In this document: in pieces, positions 16,833 to 24,629 of the stretch
Layout: each line of letters starts with the position of its first letter
How positions within the stretch are numbered: the first letter of the stretch is position 1
Virus record (IMG/VR): IMGVR_UViG_3300032328_000745
Span: 1-29,997 of that record
Length of the DNA: 29,997 nt
Source of the DNA: a virus
Lineage: Duplodnaviria > Caudoviricetes
Reading direction: 5' to 3' (one strand)
Notes under the pieces: generated by a model
Database searches by the model: none
The model's input: the letters and a program-made list of their open reading frames with translations, nothing else
What the model was told of the DNA's origin: nothing
Made by a program: the position numbers and the translations under genes

Positions 16833-18583
16833 ACTTTTCTCAGTCACAGTTGAGACCGCCCCAGACCGGATTTCTCTCTGCAAAGTCCGTCGCTTACCGG
16901 GTCCCGCACACTCCCTTTTGGAACGATCCCGCGACAAACGCGGAAAGCAAAACGCGGAGCTTCTATGGAAATGATTTCTTCCTACAGAACAAGAGCACAA
17001 ACGAATACGAGGAAGACCTTCCCGATAACCCTGGAGAAGGCCGTTTTGTCTCCGACGATCCGATCTGCGGTTTTGCTGCTTACAGCATCTCAACCACGGT
17101 CGATTATGACGAAGAGTCACCCGATCCATACAACGGCGTGATTGAGCTGACTTATGTCTTTGATGAAACGCTCAATGAGGTAAGGCTGGAATCGACAGAA
17201 ACAGGAAAACATTTCGGTGGTGGATTGAGTAACACGCGAACCGAAACCACGCGCGTCTTTGGCAACCAGTATGCCGATCCGCCCACTCATGTCATTGAGA
17301 CTTTCACAGGTGTAGTGGACAAGACGACGCTGGGAGATTACCTCGATGAGTGGCGGAGCAAGCCTGAGGAGTTCCGCTTTTTCACGGCGAACACTGTGGG
17401 CGCGACGAAAAGCGAGAGTGACGGGTATCTGGCCGAGGTCGGCGGCGGAGATCTTCGGGCGCGGCCATACACTTTCAACTCTTCTTCCGCATCCGGTATG
17501 ACCGGGGACATCGCAGCTCTGTGGAACGGAAATTTCACGGCGGAAGTTTCCCGTGTCACTCGGAAAAACGCCCCTGTGATGTATCGGGAGCAATCAGAAG
17601 GTTATACCTACGAGCTTAGTTTGGCACGTTTTGCCAGTGGCATTTACAGGAATGGCTATTCGGAGGAAAGCGTTTCCGATCCGATTACTTCATACCGGGA
17701 TGATTACGGGATTTTCGAAGATGGGGAGGGACTGGAAAACTCTCCGCTTTTTTCTACCTCAGCATATACCATCGGCGATTTGGTGGGTGGCACTGGAGAC
17801 GGATATGAAAATTCTGTCTTTTTCATTTCTAGGGACGGCAAGCAATACCGACTGACTTTCACGACAGAGGTCTTGATTACGGACGCCAATACGCTCAAGT
17901 CTCCAGAGATAACCATAGAAGCCTCGGTAGGTCTTGAGAAGATTGAGCAGAAAGTGGAAGGGGATTGGGTTGTACTGGCTGACGTTGAAAATGAAGATGA
18001 TCCAGAAGATCTAATAGGATACAGTGTTCGTGATACGAATACACGGCTCTTTGCAGTCATCCGCCGCAGGCAGGGGTCACGTTACGGCTTCCTTCCCCTA
18101 GACTACATTGGGTCCACGCGCTATCGGGTAAAGAGTTACAAAATACATCTTACCCCTGAAACTGTTGTTTTAGATGACGGGGCGTGTGGTGACGATGTAA
18201 GCGGCAGCTACGATGCGGAATGGTATCAGGAGTATGATGCCGTCACAGGCGTCCTGAAACCGCGAGTGATTACGGAATGGGCAGCGGTGATCAATGGCCA
18301 GGACTGGACGCCGGAAGATGCTCCCTCTAATGTTTCTTTTGACGGCAGCACTCTAGTAACCAGCACGGCAACGCTCCAACGCCGGGAAGGCGAATCGACA
18401 ACAAGCGGGCGGTTCCTTGTCGCATTCGACTTTCCAGACTCGAACGGGAAAATCATATCGACCTCCACGTTTTCCGCTGCCGTGTCATTTACCGGCGGGA
18501 TCAACGTCAGCGAAGAAGTGGCATTGTTACCACCTGCATCCGGTCGCTCGGTGTTTTTCGAGGGCTATCGTTTGCGCGAGTGA
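16829..18583 (+). CDS. Putative tail protein (acidic, beta-rich)
   Basis: 584-aa ORF with ATGA overlap in the tail module; no recognised motif. Confidence 0.55.
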   Translation: MNFSQSQLRPPQTGFLSAKSVAYRVPHTPFWNDPATNAESKTRSFYGNDFFLQNKSTNEYEEDLPDNPGEGRFVSDDPICGFAAYSISTTVDYDEESPDPYNGVIELTYVFDETLNEVRLESTETGKHFGGGLSNTRTETTRVFGNQYADPPTHVIETFTGVVDKTTLGDYLDEWRSKPEEFRFFTANTVGATKSESDGYLAEVGGGDLRARPYTFNSSSASGMTGDIAALWNGNFTAEVSRVTRKNAPVMYREQSEGYTYELSLARFASGIYRNGYSEESVSDPITSYRDDYGIFEDGEGLENSPLFSTSAYTIGDLVGGTGDGYENSVFFISRDGKQYRLTFTTEVLITDANTLKSPEITIEASVGLEKIEQKVEGDWVVLADVENEDDPEDLIGYSVRDTNTRLFAVIRRRQGSRYGFLPLDYIGSTRYRVKSYKIHLTPETVVLDDGACGDDVSGSYDAEWYQEYDAVTGVLKPRVITEWAAVINGQDWTPEDAPSNVSFDGSTLVTSTATLQRREGESTTSGRFLVAFDFPDSNGKIISTSTFSAAVSFTGGINVSEEVALLPPASGRSVFFEGYRLRE

Positions 18584-18585
18584 AT

Positions 18586-18619
18586 TTGACTTTCGCCACC
18601 TACCGGTAAAACCTCACCC
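18586..18619 (+). promoter_or_regulatory. Late promoter motif copy 5 (TTGACT-17 bp-AAACCT-5 nt-ATG)
   Basis: TTGACTTTCGCC at 18586-18597, 34 nt before ATG 18620; fills the intergenic gap. Confidence 0.8.
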
Positions 18620-19483
18620 ATGACTCTTTCCGGCACAGAAGTTCGTTACGGCATGATTGCGACCGGCGACCCCGGAGCGGTGAATGTTTCCGGTTCTCAG
18701 CAAATCGGCACAGCCCTTTCATCTGTTGTTTACACGAACTCGCCGACCGTCGCCTATTCGATGGCGATGATCATCCAGCCGAGCGGTGTGCTTACGCTGA
18801 ACACGTCCACGGGCGTCGTCACCGGCACGGCAGCAGGAACGGCTCAGGTCGAGACAGCCACTATTGTTGCAGCCGCCGGAGCGACCACGGCAGGCAACTT
18901 GAACGTAACAGTGACATCCGCCCTTGTGACCGGCTCGCCATTGCTTATCCCGGTCGCGCTGCTTTTGACGGACAACACCGCCAGCCTAGTCGCGGCGAAA
19001 GTCAGGGCAGCCCTGAATGCCACCCCAGCGATTACCGCGCATTACACGGTCGGAGGATCTGGTGCTACCTACTCACTGACCACCAGCGCGATTAACCACG
19101 CCGCCAACGATGCCACGCTAAACATGGCACATGCCAATGGAACGTGTGTCGGGATTACGACAGCAGCAACCTCGGCAGACACAACGGCAGGAGTCGGCAC
19201 GACTCGCGCCTACAAGTTCAACGGCACCGCCTGGAACGCGACCGACAACGAAGGAATTGCACTGCCGACCATGACCAAGCTGCATTCGATGCTGCTCCGT
19301 TCTGCGTCAACCAGCGGCTCGGTAGCGATTGGCGAAGGAACCAACCTGCTGACTATTCCAGCTCCATTTGTCCACCTGCAATCATCGCAAGCCGGTGCGC
19401 ATCCATTTACAGGCGATTCGGTTACCTTTACGGGCGCAACCGCACCAATCACTTTGATTCTCGACATCCACGCAGGAGCATAA
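18620..19483 (+). CDS. Thr/Ala/Gly-rich virion structural protein
   Basis: 287 aa with very few charged residues; internal DNTASLVAAKVRAALNA segment; has its own promoter copy. Confidence 0.6.
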   Translation: MTLSGTEVRYGMIATGDPGAVNVSGSQQIGTALSSVVYTNSPTVAYSMAMIIQPSGVLTLNTSTGVVTGTAAGTAQVETATIVAAAGATTAGNLNVTVTSALVTGSPLLIPVALLLTDNTASLVAAKVRAALNATPAITAHYTVGGSGATYSLTTSAINHAANDATLNMAHANGTCVGITTAATSADTTAGVGTTRAYKFNGTAWNATDNEGIALPTMTKLHSMLLRSASTSGSVAIGEGTNLLTIPAPFVHLQSSQAGAHPFTGDSVTFTGATAPITLILDIHAGA

Positions 19484-19486
19484 GCC

Positions 19487-19795
19487 ATGGCAGACACGAT
19501 CTATCTGAAGCGCGGGCAAAACTTGGACATCACCGCCGAGTTCATCGACGAGGCCGGCGTGCCGATCACGTTAGATGGCATCTATACCGCAACCTCGGCC
19601 ATGCGCTTGAAAGGCACTTGCGATCCAATCATTTTGACCTGCACGATTGTAGCTGGAAAAGTCAAAATCGTCCAAGCGACTGATGATTTAATTGCTGGAG
19701 TTTACGACATCGACATCATCGTTACTAACAGCGCCGGTCGAGACATTACCGATGTTTTTTACCTTAATCTTGGAAAAACGATCACCCCAATATGA
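19487..19795 (+). CDS. Putative tail fibre adaptor (BppU N-terminal-like Ig fold)
   Basis: IYLKRGQ...FIDEAGVPITLDG...AGVYDIDIIVT pattern; precedes the fibre gene. Confidence 0.55.
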   Translation: MADTIYLKRGQNLDITAEFIDEAGVPITLDGIYTATSAMRLKGTCDPIILTCTIVAGKVKIVQATDDLIAGVYDIDIIVTNSAGRDITDVFYLNLGKTITPI

Positions 19796-21291
19796 GCAAC
19801 GTGACACAAACTGGACAAGGGGCTACTGTTACTGTCGTCACCTCACGAGGCCCAGCCGGAGCCACCGGAGCCACCGGACCTGCTGGCCCGAGCAATATCA
19901 CCACCTCTACGGCAACAACCATCACCGGCCTACTTAAAGGCAACGGGTCAACCGTATCACAAGCCATCGCCGGGACGGATTTCGCGGCAGCATCGCAGGT
20001 CAAATCCACCAGCTTCACGGCGAACAATCTGGGCGAATACATCGCGGTCGCCACGCTGACGGTCACAGACCCGTCGCCGACCGAAGGGGCATCGTTTCGA
20101 GTCCTTGTTCGCAACGGCACGGCGACAGTCGGCGGCGAGGCATACAGCGTGGCAGGAACTGTCATCGAGCGCGTGTTCCACAGCGGCGCGTGGGCAAATT
20201 ACAGCTACCAGATTGCATCAACTTTTGAAACCCCCACCGGAGCCGCTGCGAAAATCAAAACAGAAATTGCACAAAGCGAAACTTGGGTTTTTGAAGGTGA
20301 TTCATGGACAGCAGGCACTGCACAAGGAAATGACCGTGAAACCTATCCCTATTATTTAGCTACATTATCACATACAGGTATCAGTATTGTAAACGTCGCA
20401 GTTGCCGGAACAACAGCAGAAACGATGGTAAGCACATTTGCGGCCACCGTAGCGCCAAGTTTAACTGCCACAACTGGGCGGCTTTCAACCTGTTTCATTT
20501 TTGCTGGAATCAATGATGCCGCAACACGCACAACCACTCAGCTACGCGATGATCTCCGATCCCTATGGACATCTGCAAGAAACGCAGGCGCTCGCGTAGT
20601 GGCATTCACACTTCCTCACCGGACGGCAGCATCTGGGTGGAGTCAATCAAATTGGAAAATCATCAATGATCAGATTATTGCCGACAGTTCGTATTATGAT
20701 GTGATTGTCCGCACCGATGTTATTTTTTCCAATACTTCATCCGGCGAGATGACGGATGGATTGCACGCATCGACCTCCGCCCATCGCAAGTTAGCTAGTC
20801 GGGTTTTGGACGCGATACAAGGCCGTCCACTTCTACCTTCCCTGCCGTCTGATTACGTTTGTAACTCAGTTGCATCAACTACCTTTTCGGCGAACACACG
20901 CAAAAATCTTGCGTTCAGCGAGCTATACGATTCAAACGGAGACGGCACGACGGCGACAGTGGGATCGGATGCGAACACAGCCGTTTTCACCGCAGCGTGT
21001 GATGGGACATACGAAATTGCTGGTCGCGTGTGTTTATCGGGTATGATTCTTGCGGACACGGCATACCTAAACGCATGGATAACTCCGCTGGCAACGGGAA
21101 CTGAAGTTGAACATCGGCTGGATTTCCAAAACGCAGCAGGAGCCAACCCTACTCTTCATGGGGTAATTAGGCGGCGTTTGCTGCGCGGTGATAAAATCAA
21201 TCTTGCGATAGTTTCAAGCAGAGCATCTTCCACTGTCCTAACTAACTCAAATAACGGAGAGTTTTCCGTCCGTCTAGTATCAATACCATGA
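19792..21291 (+). CDS. Tail fibre/receptor-binding protein with collagen-like repeat, SGNH/GDSL hydrolase domain and C-terminal beta-sandwich
   Basis: GPAGATGATGPAGP; SGNH blocks FEGDSWT, NVAVAGTT, AGINDA, DGLH; C-terminal C1q/TNF-like strands (FTAACDGTYEI, LLRGDKINL). Confidence 0.75.
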   Translation: MSNVTQTGQGATVTVVTSRGPAGATGATGPAGPSNITTSTATTITGLLKGNGSTVSQAIAGTDFAAASQVKSTSFTANNLGEYIAVATLTVTDPSPTEGASFRVLVRNGTATVGGEAYSVAGTVIERVFHSGAWANYSYQIASTFETPTGAAAKIKTEIAQSETWVFEGDSWTAGTAQGNDRETYPYYLATLSHTGISIVNVAVAGTTAETMVSTFAATVAPSLTATTGRLSTCFIFAGINDAATRTTTQLRDDLRSLWTSARNAGARVVAFTLPHRTAASGWSQSNWKIINDQIIADSSYYDVIVRTDVIFSNTSSGEMTDGLHASTSAHRKLASRVLDAIQGRPLLPSLPSDYVCNSVASTTFSANTRKNLAFSELYDSNGDGTTATVGSDANTAVFTAACDGTYEIAGRVCLSGMILADTAYLNAWITPLATGTEVEHRLDFQNAAGANPTLHGVIRRRLLRGDKINLAIVSSRASSTVLTNSNNGEFSVRLVSIP

Positions 21292-21491
21292 CCGTCCCCA
21301 CCGAATGGATTCTCACCGTGTTGATCGCACTCGCCACCGTCATCTCGACTCTGGCCGCGATCATTTACCGCTCGCTGGCCGCCGAGATTGCCACACTGCG
21401 CACCATCGTCACCAAGCTCCAGGATGATGTGGACCGCCTGAGCAAAGGCTGCGGCCTCGGGACATGCCTCTACAAACAACGCCACTTATGA
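21288..21491 (+). CDS. Small membrane protein (one TM helix plus coiled coil); holin/antiholin or i-spanin-like
   Basis: Hydrophobic residues ~7-26, then heptad-like EIATLRTIVTKLQDDVDRL; in the lysis region. Confidence 0.55.
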   Translation: MTVPTEWILTVLIALATVISTLAAIIYRSLAAEIATLRTIVTKLQDDVDRLSKGCGLGTCLYKQRHL

Positions 21492-21649
21492 AAACCACAA
21501 TCCTCGGACTGCTTGCAGCCGTCGCCGCCACGATCCAAACCACCGTACAGCAAGGCCACTCGCTCGCCGATTGGAAGACGTGGATTTTACCGGTATCCCT
21601 CGCCGTCCTCGGCTATCTCAGCAACGACCAACCCACGACCAAGCCATGA
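21488..21649 (+). CDS. Putative holin (two short hydrophobic segments)
   Basis: MKTTILGLLAAVAATI...WILPVSLAVLGYLSND; ATGA overlaps at both ends. Confidence 0.6.
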   Translation: MKTTILGLLAAVAATIQTTVQQGHSLADWKTWILPVSLAVLGYLSNDQPTTKP

Positions 21650-21822
21650 AAGCCATCCTCGCCCTCGCCTGCCTCGCGCTGCCCTCCTGCGTCTCGACAA
21701 CTACCACCACGACCTCGCCTGACGGCACGGTGACAGTAATTGAGCAACGCGGCATCGACCAGGCATCCGTTGCCGCTGCCACCGAGATCAGCAAGACCAT
21801 CCGCGTCAACCCGACCAAATGA
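21646..21822 (+). CDS. Small lipoprotein (o-spanin-like)
   Basis: Signal peptide with lipobox MKAILALACLALPS-C; adjacent to endolysin. Confidence 0.6.
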   Translation: MKAILALACLALPSCVSTTTTTTSPDGTVTVIEQRGIDQASVAAATEISKTIRVNPTK

Positions 21823-22382
21823 CCAAGTCACAGATCATCGCTCTCCAGGAACGGATCGGCACCACGCCGGACGGCATCTGGGGCGATGTATCGACCGCCG
21901 CGTGCAAGCGTCACCTGCGGGCGCTCATGCCTACACCTCACCCATGGCCGACCGGCGACGACACCAGCGTCATTGCACGGTTCGGCGAGCCGGGTGACGA
22001 GGAGCAGCTCGTCGGTGCTAACGTGCGCGGCCTCGGCATACTCTACGAGGGGCAGCCGGTTCGGAACATCCGCTGCCACCACCTCGTCGCTGACAGCTTG
22101 GTGACGGCGCTCAACGAGATATTCGCCAGCCCGGCGCGGTGGATACTCGGCGAATACGCGGGATGCTACAACTACCGCAAGATGCGCGGCGGATACCGGC
22201 ACTCCAAACACGCCTGGGGCATCGCTGTTGACTTCGCGCCGGCGACCAACGGCCTGCGCACTCACTGGCCACGCGCCGCGACCATGCCCATCGAGGCGAT
22301 GGAGGCGTTCGCACGGCAAGGATGGCTCTCAGCCGGCGCTTTCTGGAGCCGTGACGCGATGCATTTCGAGACAACCCGCTAA
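21819..22382 (+). CDS. Endolysin, peptidase M15 family, with N-terminal peptidoglycan-binding-like segment
   Basis: LQERIGTTPDGIWG; YNYRKMRGG; SKHAWGIAVD (SxH...D); DAMHFE. Confidence 0.88.
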   Translation: MTKSQIIALQERIGTTPDGIWGDVSTAACKRHLRALMPTPHPWPTGDDTSVIARFGEPGDEEQLVGANVRGLGILYEGQPVRNIRCHHLVADSLVTALNEIFASPARWILGEYAGCYNYRKMRGGYRHSKHAWGIAVDFAPATNGLRTHWPRAATMPIEAMEAFARQGWLSAGAFWSRDAMHFETTR

Positions 22383-22386
22383 AATC

Positions 22387-22695
22387 ATGCCCGCCAACCC
22401 TCCAACAGAGATCAACATCGGAGGGCGCACCATAGCGATCCGCATCGACCCGAAGCTCGAAGCGTGGGGGGAATATCACGGCGACGATGCTGAAATTGTC
22501 CTTGCATCCAGGACGCTTGCCAAGCAATCCAGCCTCCGAGAAACCCTGCGCCATGAAATGCTGCACGCCGCGCTCGACATCTCCGGGCTGTCCTACCTTG
22601 AGCGTTTTGAGGAGGAGGCGGTCGTGCGGTGCATCGAGAACATATTTCATCCAGCTTGGGAAAAAGTCAGGAAGCAACTGACAATTTTGGAATAA
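22387..22695 (+). CDS. Small zincin-like metallopeptidase domain protein
   Basis: ETLRHEMLHA (HExxH) plus downstream EEAVV; ATG at 22387. Confidence 0.75.
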   Translation: MPANPPTEINIGGRTIAIRIDPKLEAWGEYHGDDAEIVLASRTLAKQSSLRETLRHEMLHAALDISGLSYLERFEEEAVVRCIENIFHPAWEKVRKQLTILE

Positions 22696-22707
22696 CCCGA
22701 CAAAATT

Positions 22708-23433
22708 ATGGCATGGGAAAAATCAATCTTTCTTGCGGACACCCACGGCGATCTCGTCTGCCCAAAGGCTGTGAAAGTCGTCAAGCGGTTCATTGAGGAC
22801 TGGCAGCCCAAGCACCGCGTCCACCTCGGTGATGTCTGGGACTTCCGCTCGCTTCGCAAAGGTGCCTCGCCGGAGGAGCGCATGGAGGGCATCTCCTACG
22901 ATTACAGTTGCGGCATGGAGCTGCTGGACTGGTATCGCCCGAATTTCTTGACGATGGGCAACCATGATTTCCGACTCTGGCGTGCCGCGCAGGAGTCGAG
23001 CAGCGGGATGCTTGCGGAGCTTTGCGCGATGAAAGCACAGGACACCGAGGACGAGCTGCGGAAGATGAAGATCAAGTGGGTGCCGTGGAACGTGTCATCC
23101 TATCTCTCTATCGGCAGCCTCAAGCTAATCCATGGATTTCGCGCCACGATGTATCCAGCAAAAGCGCACTTCGAGCATTGGGGCAGTTGCATCCACGGCC
23201 ACACACACAAGCCCGACATCTACCACGCCCGGCACATTGACAGCGGCACGGCGCACAGCGTCGGCACGCTCGCGGACATGACCAAAATGTCATACGCCGA
23301 CCACCACGCCGCCAAGCTCGGCTGGCGCAACTCTTTCGCCTACGGGCTGCACAATACCAAAACTGGAAAACACGAAATATGGCAGGTAGTAAAAGAGGGA
23401 AACGACTGGATCAGCCCGATGGGGACACTTTAG
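22708..23433 (+). CDS. Calcineurin-like metallophosphoesterase
   Basis: DTHG, GDVWD, GNHD, HG and GHTH motifs in canonical order. Confidence 0.9.
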   Translation: MAWEKSIFLADTHGDLVCPKAVKVVKRFIEDWQPKHRVHLGDVWDFRSLRKGASPEERMEGISYDYSCGMELLDWYRPNFLTMGNHDFRLWRAAQESSSGMLAELCAMKAQDTEDELRKMKIKWVPWNVSSYLSIGSLKLIHGFRATMYPAKAHFEHWGSCIHGHTHKPDIYHARHIDSGTAHSVGTLADMTKMSYADHHAAKLGWRNSFAYGLHNTKTGKHEIWQVVKEGNDWISPMGTL

Positions 23434-23669
23434 GCAAGATCGACGACGTGCTGGCGTGGCTTGTTGAATCTGAGCAGGATAACTACGTCAGGCCGGATGA
23501 GTTCACCGTGGACATGGCCGCTAAGAAAATGGAAGCGGCTGGCCTACAAGTTAGTGAAGCTGCACTTCGCTGCAAGTTCGGCAGGATGGCTAAAAGCGGG
23601 CAGCTAACCAGTCGGATGATCCGGCTGAATGGCAAGATGACTTCCGCCTACAAGCGGGTTACAGGGTAG
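23379..23669 (+). CDS. Hypothetical protein, winged-helix-like
   Basis: EFTVDMAAKK...SEAALRCKFGRMAKSGQLTSR pattern; start uncertain because it overlaps the upstream gene. Confidence 0.55.
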   Translation: MAGSKRGKRLDQPDGDTLGKIDDVLAWLVESEQDNYVRPDEFTVDMAAKKMEAAGLQVSEAALRCKFGRMAKSGQLTSRMIRLNGKMTSAYKRVTG

Positions 23670-23751
23670 TTGCGTGATTTTTTTTTTCGCCCGTTTCCCC
23701 TAGTGAAATAAAGGATTTCTCTGATCGCGTAAAAATAATCGCAGAAATGTC

Positions 23752-23780
23752 TTTTCATTCCGTTCGGCATTGCCTAGCTT
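23752..23780 (+). promoter_or_regulatory. Candidate early sigma70-type promoter (TTTTCA-17 bp-TAGCTT)
   Basis: Lies in the largest intergenic gap, with AT-rich upstream DNA; predicted start near 23787 coincides with a small GTTGC/GCAAC hairpin. Confidence 0.4.
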
Positions 23781-23830
23781 GTCCCTGTTGCCGAGAGCAA
23801 CGCCAACAACAACTAACACCAATACGAACA

Positions 23831-24079
23831 ATGACAACGACCAACGCAGCCAAGAAACTAACCAAGGCAGGTTTTACCCTTAAGGAAACCCGCCCCGGAT
23901 CATATCACGCTTACAGCCCATCGACTGCATACGTGATTGAATATTTCCGCAATGGGGACAGCGACAGCATCACTTGCATTTGCGTCCGCCGTTTTGACGA
24001 CCGCCACGACAGCCAATCCGACTATTCTGCCGGTATTTGGGCTGATACGATCACCCAAGCAATCCGCCTCGCTGCCTAA
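23831..24079 (+). CDS. Hypothetical early protein
   Basis: ATG 23831 after an A/C-rich leader; 82 aa. Confidence 0.7.
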   Translation: MTTTNAAKKLTKAGFTLKETRPGSYHAYSPSTAYVIEYFRNGDSDSITCICVRRFDDRHDSQSDYSAGIWADTITQAIRLAA

Positions 24080-24089
24080 CTACTACCCC

Positions 24090-24110
24090 GCCGAGGTTCG
24101 ATCCCTCGGC
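24090..24110 (+). other. Intergenic hairpin with tRNA T-loop-like loop
   Basis: Perfect 7-bp stem GCCGAGG/CCTCGGC with loop TTCGATC. Confidence 0.6.
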
Positions 24111-24126
24111 ATTACCTCTAACCAAC

Positions 24127-24327
24127 ATGACCATCACCATCACCCGCGAAATCACCGTTGAGGTGCGATACATCCCCGGCACGCCTGCCACCTACATGCA
24201 GCCGGGCTCCCCCCCGGACATCGAAATACTTGAGGCACACGCCGACGGCGACGACATCGAGCTGACGGAGGCTGAGATCGACGAAGTGCGCGAGATTGTG
24301 CTCGAAAACCCACCTGAGCGCGACTAA
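24127..24327 (+). CDS. Small acidic hypothetical protein
   Basis: 66 aa (YIPGTPATYMQPGSPPDIEI); TAATG overlap with the next ORF. Confidence 0.7.
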   Translation: MTITITREITVEVRYIPGTPATYMQPGSPPDIEILEAHADGDDIELTEAEIDEVREIVLENPPERD

Positions 24328-24608
24328 TGCGCGAGATTCTTCTCACCAACAACAATAACACCATGAAAACAGACAAAAACGACATCACACCCGGCCAGGA
24401 CAAGTTCCAGCCGGTAAACCTCGACAAGCAGCTGGCCTACAAGCCCGACCCGCTGCTGCGCTACCAGATCGACACACTAAGCAAGCCGACGCGCCGCTCG
24501 AACTACGCAGCACCGGCCAACGACGCAAGCGGACGCATCGCCGCGAGCCTTGCCGTCGCCTTGCTGATCCTAGCCACCACCGCAGTGCTTGTGCATTGCT
24601 CCCGCTAA
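24327..24608 (+). CDS. Hypothetical protein with C-terminal transmembrane helix
   Basis: C-terminal IAASLAVALLILATTAVLV; alternative start at 24363 after an A/C-rich leader. Confidence 0.6.
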   Translation: MREILLTNNNNTMKTDKNDITPGQDKFQPVNLDKQLAYKPDPLLRYQIDTLSKPTRRSNYAAPANDASGRIAASLAVALLILATTAVLVHCSR

Positions 24609-24629
24609 TCTCCAACAACAACAACAACA

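Noticed and set aside
4380-18597. Interpreting the TTGACTTTCGCC repeats as CRISPR repeats or recombination sites
   Set aside because: Copies are kilobases apart, only 12 bp, all co-oriented and at fixed distance from start codons; no cas or recombinase gene is present.
19849-19890. GCCACCGGA-type short tandem repeat as a DNA-level element
   Set aside because: Explained by collagen-like Gly-X-Y codons in the fibre protein.
23644-23687. Terminator at the end of the late region (CCGC/GCGG hairpin and 10-T run)
   Set aside because: The stem is weak and about 20 nt away from the T run, so it is not a canonical intrinsic terminator.
24061-24126. tRNA gene around GGTTCGATCCC
   Set aside because: The intergenic space is too short and no acceptor, D or anticodon arms can be folded; kept only as a T-loop hairpin.
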